DNA of 64,000 bases, from the NCBI GenBank assembly GCA_016185275.1, contig JACPNX010000015.1, positions 69,441 to 133,440 of the forward strand, given 5' to 3'. This stretch comes from Actinomycetota bacterium. GTDB lineage: Bacteria > Actinomycetota > Acidimicrobiia > Acidimicrobiales > Iamiaceae. Below the pieces are notes generated by a model. It saw nothing but the letters and a program-made list of their open reading frames with translations. It searched no databases and was not told the origin of the DNA. The position numbers were made by a program, and so were the translations under genes. Shown here piece after piece: positions 56,833-64,000 of the stretch (position 1 is its first letter; every line of letters starts with the position of its first letter).

Positions 56833-58818
56833 ATGTCGCCCCCAGTCTCCCAGCCGCTTCCCGTCCGATCCGCGGGATCAGACCCGGCCGGCGCCGGACG
56901 ACCGGCGCCGGCTCGGCCGGGCAGGCACCGCCGGCGGCTCGGCCGGTTCGCCGCCGCCCCGGTCGTGCTCACGTTCGCGTGGGCCGTCGTGACCGGCGCG
57001 GTGGTCCCGGCGCGTGCCGGCCAGCCGGGCCGGCTGGAGTCCTCGGTCGTCACCTTGGCCGGCCCGTCCGCCGCGGCGCTGGCGCCGGCGGCCGGCGACG
57101 TGGCCCGCCTGCGCGCCGCCGGCCGCACCGACGCCGAGTCGCCCCGCCGCACGACCGGCGCGGCGACCCGGGGCTGGTCGGGCGCGATCGACGTCACAGA
57201 CGGCACGCAGATGGTCGCCTTCACCTGGAGCGGTGCCGCCGACGGCGCGGTCGAGGTCCGCAGCCGCGAGGGCGGGCGCTGGTCGACCTGGACGCCGGCC
57301 GCTGCCAGCCCCGACGAGGGACCGGACACCGGAGGCAACGGGCGCACCGGCGTCGGCCCCGTGTGGCTCGGCAGCAAGGGCGCGGACCGCGTCGAGGTGC
57401 GGGTGGCTCGAGCCGGCCTGCGCGACCTGCGTATGCGGGCGATGCGCTGGATCGAGCCGGTCGCCGGCACGGGCCCGCAGCCCGCGGGCGCCGAACCGGT
57501 CGGTCCCGGCATCCGGCCCCGCAGCGACTGGGCGCCGGGCGGCTGGGTGTCGTCCAACGCGGGCTGCCCCGCCGCGCCCGAGGTGCAGAGCCAGCTCAAG
57601 TTCGCCGTCGTGCACCACACGGCCAGCAGCAACGACTACACGCCCAGCCAGGTTCCCGGGATCCTCGCCGGCTCGTACCTGTACCAGGTGAAGGACCTCG
57701 GCTGGTGCGACATGGCCTACAACTTCCTCGTCGACAAGTTCGGCACCATCTGGCAGGGCCGCAGCGGCGACATCGGGTTGCCGATCATGGGCGGTCACTC
57801 CAAAGGCTTCAACACCGACAGCATGGGCGTGGCCCTCATCGGCCAGTACCAGCCCGGTGAGTCGCCGGCCGCGGCGCCGCCGACCGCCGCCGAGTTCACC
57901 GCCCTGCGCGAGCTGCTGGCGTGGAAGCTGTGGATGCACCGCATCGATCCGCTCGGCACCGTGACCGTGGTGAGCCGCGGCAACACCAAGTACCGGGACG
58001 GCACGGTCGTCACCCTGCCGACCATCGGCGGCCACCGCGACAACGGCTACACCGCCGACCCCGGCGACCCGGTGTACGCCCGCCTGCCGCAGCTGCGCCT
58101 GGACGTGAAGGCGACGATCGCCGCGGCGGGCGTCGACGGGGCCCGGTGGGCTCCGTTCGCGTCGCCCCAGCAGCTCGCCTCCCGCCAGTACGCGGACTTC
58201 CTCCGGCGGCCGGCCACCAACACGGACGCGGCCTACTGGGCCACGCTCATGGTCCGCAGCGCGAAGACGCCGGCCGGCCAGACCGGCCGCCTCCTCCGCA
58301 GCGCCGAGATGGACAACCGGATCGCACCGGTGGTTCGCCTCTACCTGTCCGCCTTCCTGCGGGCGCCGGACCACCGCGGGTTCGTGTGGTGGCGCGACCA
58401 GATCCTCAGCGGCAAGCAGACGCTGCTGTCGATGGCCGACTTCGTCACGACGAGCAGCGAGTTCCGCCGCCGGTACGGGTCGCTCGGCAACCTCGACTTC
58501 GTGCGCCGCGTCTACCTCAACGTCCTCGGGCGACCGGCCGATGCGGGCGGTCTCGACTACTGGGCCGACCAGCTCACGGCCGGAAGGAGCCGAGGCTGGG
58601 TGCTGCTCGGCTTCTCCGAGGCACAGGAGTTCAAGCGGGCGTCGCGGGCACAGGTCGACGTCGACCTGGTGACCGAGTCGATGCTCGGCCGGACACCGAC
58701 GCAGGCTGGCCTGGACCGCTGGGCGGGCCAGATCCGCTCCGGCACGAGCGTGATCGAGGACCTGATCGCCCTCGACTTCGCGAGCGTCGAGTACCGCCGG
58801 CGCATCACCGGCGCGTAG
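56833..58818 (+). CDS. Secreted N-acetylmuramoyl-L-alanine amidase (Amidase_2/PGRP fold) with a C-terminal DUF4214-type repeat module
   Basis: FAVVHHTASSNDYT...WCDMAYNFLVDKFGTIWQGR...GGHSKGFNTDSMGVALIG...IGGHRD. The tail has RQYADFLRRPA..., VYLNVLGRPADAGGLDYWADQL, MLGRTPTQAGLDRWAGQIRSGTSV. ATG 56833. Confidence 0.85.
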   Translation: MSPPVSQPLPVRSAGSDPAGAGRPAPARPGRHRRRLGRFAAAPVVLTFAWAVVTGAVVPARAGQPGRLESSVVTLAGPSAAALAPAAGDVARLRAAGRTDAESPRRTTGAATRGWSGAIDVTDGTQMVAFTWSGAADGAVEVRSREGGRWSTWTPAAASPDEGPDTGGNGRTGVGPVWLGSKGADRVEVRVARAGLRDLRMRAMRWIEPVAGTGPQPAGAEPVGPGIRPRSDWAPGGWVSSNAGCPAAPEVQSQLKFAVVHHTASSNDYTPSQVPGILAGSYLYQVKDLGWCDMAYNFLVDKFGTIWQGRSGDIGLPIMGGHSKGFNTDSMGVALIGQYQPGESPAAAPPTAAEFTALRELLAWKLWMHRIDPLGTVTVVSRGNTKYRDGTVVTLPTIGGHRDNGYTADPGDPVYARLPQLRLDVKATIAAAGVDGARWAPFASPQQLASRQYADFLRRPATNTDAAYWATLMVRSAKTPAGQTGRLLRSAEMDNRIAPVVRLYLSAFLRAPDHRGFVWWRDQILSGKQTLLSMADFVTTSSEFRRRYGSLGNLDFVRRVYLNVLGRPADAGGLDYWADQLTAGRSRGWVLLGFSEAQEFKRASRAQVDVDLVTESMLGRTPTQAGLDRWAGQIRSGTSVIEDLIALDFASVEYRRRITGA

Positions 58819-58828
58819 GGGCCGCTCT

Positions 58829-59164
58829 TCAGTCGGGGCCTTGCGGGTCGGCTGCCGGCCGGCCCGCGAGCTCGGCCCGCAGGATCTCGATCTCGGCGCC
58901 GAGGTCGGTGCGGGCCCGGGCCAGCTCGGCCCTGAGCCGGGCGGCCTCCTCCTTGGCCGCGTCGATCTCGGGGCGCACCTCGGCCAGGACCTGCTCGCGG
59001 ATGCGGGCCACGACGGGTCGCCCGATGCTGGCCGCGACCCGCACGGCGCGCTGGCGCGCGGCGGCACCCTTGGCCGGCCGGCCCGGCGCCGGCTCGGCGG
59101 TGGCCGCGGTGGTGACGGCGCGCAGGCGCGCCAGGGACGCGGCCGTGATGGCGGGATGGCTCAA
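58829..59164 (-). CDS. Small Ala/Arg-rich helical protein, hypothetical
   Basis: GC3-rich frame; helical segment EIDAAKEEAARLRAELARARTDLGAEIEILRAEL. The TTG start overlaps the upstream TGA (TTGA). Weak support. Confidence 0.4.
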   Translation of the reverse strand: MSHPAITAASLARLRAVTTAATAEPAPGRPAKGAAARQRAVRVAASIGRPVVARIREQVLAEVRPEIDAAKEEAARLRAELARARTDLGAEIEILRAELAGRPAADPQGPD

Positions 59165-60225
59165 CGCTGACCTCCGGGTACCAGGGCGGTGGCGACGCGG
59201 GTCCGGATGCGGGCGACGGCAGGCGTCTCCAGCTCGTCCAGGCGACGGTCGAGGCGATCGGCCAGCGACACCGGCCCTCGGCCGGAACCGGGCCCCGAAG
59301 CGGTCGCGACCGACGTGACGGTCACAGCCTGATCGGCCGGCACGAGACCGAGGTGGCCGCGCAGGCGGTCGGCGGCGCGGGCCATGTCGAGGTGCGCCGC
59401 GGCGTGGGCGCGGGCGGCCCGGCCGAGGGCGGCGGCGCGGCGCTCGTCGCGCGCCAGCGCGGTGGCCTCGGCCGCCAGGGCCTGCTCGAGGGCGGCGCCG
59501 GTCAGCACGGCGTCATCGACCACTACGGCGGGCGGATCGTCGCGCGTGCCGCGCGGATCGGCGACCCCCTCGCCACCCGAGGGCAGCAGCGGCCGCAGCG
59601 TGCCGGCGGTGGCCACGCACGGCGTGCCGAGGGCGAGGCCGGCCGCGAGGTCCGCGGCGTCGCGGACGACGGCGACGGTGCACACGGCCAAGGCGGTCAA
59701 GCGGTCGGGTGGGGCAACGCCGGCGAGGTCGGCGGTCCACGGCTCGGGCAGCCCGGCACGCTGGCGCCAGCGCCGGCGCACGAGGGGTCCGAGGGGCGCC
59801 AGGTCCGGCAGGTCGAGCGCCACGGCCGGGGTCCGGACGCCGCTCGCCCCCGCGCCGGGACCCGCGTCGGCTCCGGCTCCGGCTCCGACGCCGGGGCCGA
59901 CGGGCACGACAGCGGCGGGCAACGCCGAACCCTCCGCCGGGCGGTCGAGCCAGACCGCGACGGGCACGCCCAGGTCGCCCACCGCGTCGAGCCGGTCGGG
60001 GTCCAGCACCAGCACCGCGCGCACCGCCCGCGCGGCGGGAGCGCCCGTCGTACCCGTGGCCGCGGGGCGGCCGGTGCGCGCGTCGAGCGCCGTGATGTCG
60101 ACGTGCCGCGCCAGTGCCCGCACCAGCGCGCGCGCCGCGTTCGGCGTGCCGGGTGCGGCGAGGAGACCGAGGAGCGGCCGACCCTCCTGCCGCTCGGCCG
60201 CGATCGTGGCCGGTGTCGGGGTCAC
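59161..60225 (-). CDS. Hypothetical protein inside the glycosyltransferase cluster
   Basis: Only the C-terminal 354 codons of ORF 59161..61230 look protein-like. GTG 60225 is 2 nt after the upstream TGA, with GGGGAG upstream. No motif recognised. Confidence 0.5.
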   Translation of the reverse strand: MTPTPATIAAERQEGRPLLGLLAAPGTPNAARALVRALARHVDITALDARTGRPAATGTTGAPAARAVRAVLVLDPDRLDAVGDLGVPVAVWLDRPAEGSALPAAVVPVGPGVGAGAGADAGPGAGASGVRTPAVALDLPDLAPLGPLVRRRWRQRAGLPEPWTADLAGVAPPDRLTALAVCTVAVVRDAADLAAGLALGTPCVATAGTLRPLLPSGGEGVADPRGTRDDPPAVVVDDAVLTGAALEQALAAEATALARDERRAAALGRAARAHAAAHLDMARAADRLRGHLGLVPADQAVTVTSVATASGPGSGRGPVSLADRLDRRLDELETPAVARIRTRVATALVPGGQR

Positions 60226-60227
60226 GG

Positions 60228-61244
60228 TCAACGCTCCCCCACCAGTGTGCGCGCCACGGTCGGCCAGTCGAGCCGGGCCACGCGCTCGTGGCCCGCCGCA
60301 CCCATGCGCGCCGCGGCATCGGGGTCGGCGGCGAGGCGGTCGATGGCGGCGCCGATGCCCGCCGGGGTCCCGTCGGTGACCAGCCCGTTGACGCCGTGCT
60401 CCACCCACTCCAGGACACCGCCGCTGTCGGCCGCGGTGATCACGGGCTTGCCGGCGAGGAAGGCCTGGAGGGTGACGTAGCCGTAGTCCTCGTCGTGGGG
60501 CGCGTAGAGGACGGCGAGAGCGCCGGCGAACAGCTCGACGAGGGCGTCGTCGTCGACGTAGCCCGGCATCTCGAGACGATCGAGGACACCGCCCGCGGCC
60601 GCCGCGGCCACCAGGTCGTGGTGCAGCGGTCCGGTGCCGGCGAGCACGGCGCGCACGCCCGAGCGCGCCGCGGCCAGCCCGTCGACGAGGCGGTCGGGAC
60701 GCTTGTTGGCGGCCAGCCGGCAGGGCGTGAAGACGTAGTCGCCGGGCGGGCCGGCGCGCAGGCGGTCGGCGAGCGGGGGTGGGTGGGCCAACGGCACGCT
60801 GTCGAGCCCGTTGAAGCGCGCCAGCCGGTCGCTGACGACACCCGAGATCGTGTAGCGCCGCTCGGCTTCCGCGAGCACCTGCGTGTCCCAGTCGGTGAGC
60901 AGCCGCTGGACCTCGAGGCTGTCGTCGTCGAGCCCGATGTCCGACCACGGTTGGCCGATGGCGTCGTAGGCGGCGCGGTGCTGGTGGATGAGCCACGCCA
61001 CCTTGCGGGGATGGCGCGCGTAGTACGACGGGAAGTTCGTGGTGACGACGAGGTCGGCGTCGAGCGGCAGCAGCCGCCAGGCGGCCGGCGCGTCGAGCAG
61101 CCGCTCGCGGTCCCAGGCCGCCGGCACCGACACCGCCTCGGCCCGGTGACCTTCGGCCTTCAGCGCGCCCACCAACCCCTCCACCAGCATCTCGAGCCCG
61201 CCGCGGGTGAAGGGCACCTGGGCCGCGCACACGAGGACGTCCAC
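60228..61244 (-). CDS. GT4-family glycosyltransferase
   Basis: VDVLVCAAQVPFTRGGLE... and HDEDYGYVTLQAFLAGKPVITAADSGGVLEWVEHGVNGLV (E-x7-E region). GTG 61244. Confidence 0.8.
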   Translation of the reverse strand: MDVLVCAAQVPFTRGGLEMLVEGLVGALKAEGHRAEAVSVPAAWDRERLLDAPAAWRLLPLDADLVVTTNFPSYYARHPRKVAWLIHQHRAAYDAIGQPWSDIGLDDDSLEVQRLLTDWDTQVLAEAERRYTISGVVSDRLARFNGLDSVPLAHPPPLADRLRAGPPGDYVFTPCRLAANKRPDRLVDGLAAARSGVRAVLAGTGPLHHDLVAAAAAGGVLDRLEMPGYVDDDALVELFAGALAVLYAPHDEDYGYVTLQAFLAGKPVITAADSGGVLEWVEHGVNGLVTDGTPAGIGAAIDRLAADPDAAARMGAAGHERVARLDWPTVARTLVGER

Positions 61245-61406
61245 GGCCCCAGCATGTCCGACGGCGGCCGCACCGCCGGACACGCCCCGCCTGGCGGCTC
61301 CGGGGCGGCGGGCGGCGGGCGGCGAGTCGGCGGAGCGGCGCGGGCGGGCCGGCGGCGATCCGGGTGCGACGGGACGGCCGGACCCGGGCACTACGGTGGG
61401 CCGGTC

Positions 61407-62597
61407 GTGGACCACCGCCGCCTCGCCCTCGTGCCGCCGCGCTACGGCAGCGACGTGGTGGGCGGAGCCGAGACCCTGTTGCGGGAGGCGGGCGCCGGGC
61501 TGGCGGCTCGCGGCTGGCAGGTCGACGTGCTGACGACCTGCGCCCGGGACCACTTCACCTGGGCCAACGAGTACCCGCCGGGTGAGCACCACGACGGCGA
61601 CCTGCGCGTGGTGCGGTTCCCGGTCGTGCGCGACACGTCGGGCGCGGACCGGGCGAGGGTCGAGGGCATGCTCGCCCGCGGCGAGAAGCCGGGGCTGGCC
61701 GACCAGGAGGCCTGGCTCAACGACGGCCTGCGCGTGCCCGAGCTGTTCCACCACCTTCTCGACACCGCCGAGCAGTACCGCGCCATCGTCGTGGCGCCGT
61801 ACCTGTTCTGGACCACGCTCGCGTGCGGCCTCGTCGCTCCCGAGCGGACCATCGCCGCCCCCTGCCTCCACGACGAGCCCCACGCCCGCCTCGACGTCTT
61901 CGAGCCGCTGCTGTCGGGCGTCGGGGGCATGTGGATGCAGACCGAGCCGGAGCTCGACCTCCTGGCCAGCATCGCCACCCCGCCTGCCCGGGTCGAGGTC
62001 GTGGGTGAGGGCGTGCCGGTTCCCGACGGGTACGACCCCGACCGGTTCCGCGCCCGGCACGGCCTCGGCGATCGCCGGTTCGTGCTGTGCGGTGGCCGGC
62101 GCGAGGGCGCGAAGGGTTGGGAGGAGCTGCTGCGCGGATGGGCGCGAGCGGTGCGCCGCAACGAGCTCGAGCTCGACCTCGTGACGTTCGGGGTGGGCGA
62201 CGTGCACGCCCCCGAGGACCTCGCGGACCGGGTCCACGACCTCGGCTTCGTCAGCGAGGCCGACCGCGACGACGCCATGGCCGCCGCCGACGCCTACGTC
62301 CAGCCGTCGGTCATGGAGTCGTTCTCGCGCATGATCATGGAGGCGTGGCTGGCGGGCACGCCGGTCATCGGCAACGGGCGCGGGGCCGTCGTTCGGTGGC
62401 ACTGCGAGCGGTCGGGCGCGGGCCTGCTGTACGACGACGACGCCGAGCTCGAGCAGTGCCTGCGCTACGTCGCCGAGGCACCCGACGACGCCGCCACGCT
62501 CGCCAAGCCGGGACGCGACTACGTGCTCGACCGCTACACCTGGCCCGCCGCCCTCGACCGCATGGAGTCGACCATCGAGCGCTGGTTCCCGGCGTGA
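61407..62597 (+). CDS. GT4-family glycosyltransferase
   Basis: RRLALVPPRYGSDVVGGAETLLRE... and MESFSRMIMEAWLAGTPVIGNGRGAVVRWHCERSGAGLLY. Start is GTG 61407 (after GGTGGG) or ATG 61254. Confidence 0.8.
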   Translation: MDHRRLALVPPRYGSDVVGGAETLLREAGAGLAARGWQVDVLTTCARDHFTWANEYPPGEHHDGDLRVVRFPVVRDTSGADRARVEGMLARGEKPGLADQEAWLNDGLRVPELFHHLLDTAEQYRAIVVAPYLFWTTLACGLVAPERTIAAPCLHDEPHARLDVFEPLLSGVGGMWMQTEPELDLLASIATPPARVEVVGEGVPVPDGYDPDRFRARHGLGDRRFVLCGGRREGAKGWEELLRGWARAVRRNELELDLVTFGVGDVHAPEDLADRVHDLGFVSEADRDDAMAAADAYVQPSVMESFSRMIMEAWLAGTPVIGNGRGAVVRWHCERSGAGLLYDDDAELEQCLRYVAEAPDDAATLAKPGRDYVLDRYTWPAALDRMESTIERWFPA

Positions 62598-64000
62598 GCG
62601 CCACCGACGGGTCGCGGACCGAGCCGCCGCGCGCCGCCGCGCGCCCGCGCGAGCCGGCGACCCCCGCGCGACCGGCGACGCCGGCGACGCCGGCAACCCC
62701 GGCCCGGCCGGCGCAACCGGCGACGCCCGCGCGACAGCGGATCCTCGTGGTCACGCCGTACGCACCCCAGCGCGACGGCATCGGCAGCTACGCCCTCCAG
62801 CACGTCAAGCGGTTGCGGGGCGCGGGGCACCACGTCGAGGTCTGCTCGCCGCGCCCCTCCGCGGCGCACCACCACCTCGACCTCGCCACGCCGGCCGGGC
62901 TCGGCGCCCTGGCCCGGTTGGCACGCGGGTTCGACAGGGTGCTGGTGCAGTTCCACCCCGACTACTTCTACCGGTGGCCGGCCACGCCGGCGGGCAAGGC
63001 GTCCACCGCCGTCGGCCTCGGAGTCGCCCTGCGCGCCGGGGGCGACAGCGAGCTTCGGCTGCACGAGTTCGACTGGCGGTGGGCGAACACGAGCGACCCC
63101 ACCGCGCCGCTCACCCGTTGGATGCTGCGCGGCGCCGACCGCATCTCGGTCCATTCGGCCGAGTGGCGCACGATGCTGATCGAGCGCTTCCGGGTGCCCG
63201 CCGCGAAGGTCGTCGTTGTCGACCACGGCGCCGACTTCCTGCGCCGCACGACCGCGGACCGCGCCAGCGCCCGAGCGACGTTGGGACTGCCCGCCGACGG
63301 CCACGTCCTGCTGTGCATCGGCTTCCTCGCCCCGCACAAGGGCTTCGACCGCGCCGCTCGCGCCTTCGAGGCCGCGGGTCTGGCGGAGCGCGGTGCGCGT
63401 CTCGACATCGTCGGGTCGGTGCGCGTCGACGACCCGCGCGTCACCGACCACGTCGACGAGCTGCGCCATCTGGCCCGCACGATCGAAGGCGTCCATCTGC
63501 ACACCGGCTACGTGAGCGACGAGGTCTTCGACCGCTGGATCGTCGCGGCCGACACGGTGGTGCTCCCGTACCGCCACATCTGGTCCTCCAGCGTCGCCGA
63601 GCGTGCCGCCCTCTACGACCGGGCCGTCATCGCCTCGGACCTCGAGGGCCTGGCCGAGCAGCTCGCCGGCCTGCCCCGCGTGTCGCTGGTCGGCGACGCC
63701 CGCGCCCTCGCCGCCGCCATGGCCGCCGCGGTGCAGGGCGGCCTCGATGGCGCGCCGGGACCGGTCGCCGGCTCGGAGCGCGCCGCGGAGCGCGCCCCGG
63801 GATCCACCACGGCGATCGACCGGGCCGTGGCCGCCGGTGCACGTCCCGGCAGCGGCACGGTCGTGGCCACGCCGTGGCCCGCCGGCAGCGAGCGCGAGGC
63901 CGTGCAGGCGGCGATCCGCGAGCGAGCCATCCGCGAACGCGGTGGTCCCGCGCGCACGGCCGGCCGCGACGGCGCGCCGGGCGCGTCCCCGTCGGCCCCG
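62594..64000 (+). CDS. GT4-like glycosyltransferase, 3' end beyond the window
   Basis: Not in the ORF track (no stop in window). Hand translation from GTG 62594 (GTGA overlap with the previous stop) stays open for 469 codons: Pro/Ala/Thr-rich leader, then RILVVTPYAPQRDGIGSYALQHVKRLR... and ...LLCIGFLAPHKGFD...VVLPYRHIWSSSVAERAALYDRAVIASD. Confidence 0.7.
   Translation, partial: MSATDGSRTEPPRAAARPREPATPARPATPATPATPARPAQPATPARQRILVVTPYAPQRDGIGSYALQHVKRLRGAGHHVEVCSPRPSAAHHHLDLATPAGLGALARLARGFDRVLVQFHPDYFYRWPATPAGKASTAVGLGVALRAGGDSELRLHEFDWRWANTSDPTAPLTRWMLRGADRISVHSAEWRTMLIERFRVPAAKVVVVDHGADFLRRTTADRASARATLGLPADGHVLLCIGFLAPHKGFDRAARAFEAAGLAERGARLDIVGSVRVDDPRVTDHVDELRHLARTIEGVHLHTGYVSDEVFDRWIVAADTVVLPYRHIWSSSVAERAALYDRAVIASDLEGLAEQLAGLPRVSLVGDARALAAAMAAAVQGGLDGAPGPVAGSERAAERAPGSTTAIDRAVAAGARPGSGTVVATPWPAGSEREAVQAAIRERAIRERGGPARTAGRDGAPGASPSAP

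Overview
This is a high-GC (roughly 70-75% by eye) actinobacterial chromosomal segment. I saw no rRNA, tRNA, CRISPR array, transposase or integrase. All family calls come from motifs read by eye; no searches were run. I support about 50 CDS, two of which run off the window edges and are missing from the ORF track. Most very long ORFs in the track are Arg/Gly/Pro-rich antisense shadows, and many real genes carry spurious N-terminal extensions that I trimmed.

Gene content by region:
- **1-8.6 kb:** secreted hydrolase-like protein, acyl-CoA desaturase, carD, a P450, a PurO-like IMP cyclohydrolase homologue, a DtxR-family regulator, and ftsX-ftsE.
- **8.7-12.5 kb:** a plus-strand island of PH-domain membrane proteins, a lipoprotein and a PKD-like protein. 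It carries a perfect 45-bp tandem array and a decamer array, and it separates ftsEX from prfB.
- **12.5-18.5 kb:** prfB, secA, an orphan NarL-type response regulator, hpf and comF.
- **18.5-24 kb:** a variable block. It includes a four-gene overlapping operon headed by a compositionally foreign (about 60% GC) secreted Cys/His-rich mini-protein, with a G10 tract just upstream, followed by an ABC module. This is my best candidate for an undescribed system.
- **24-42 kb:** ahcY, a thioesterase, PGI/PMI, Trm112, manB, a GtrA-GT2 fusion, a 1022-aa GT-C-like membrane protein, CPBP protease, DUF3499, ftsH (12 consecutive N-terminal prolines), and a Trx-like/DUF5719/GT2-membrane operon.
- **43-64 kb:** a Wzm/Wzt-type glycan cluster. 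It has a coiled-coil methyltransferase, six GT4 genes (seven GT4 domains), collapsed 'ghost' mini-ORFs at one gene junction, and bracketing secreted proteins that share a DUF4214-type tail.
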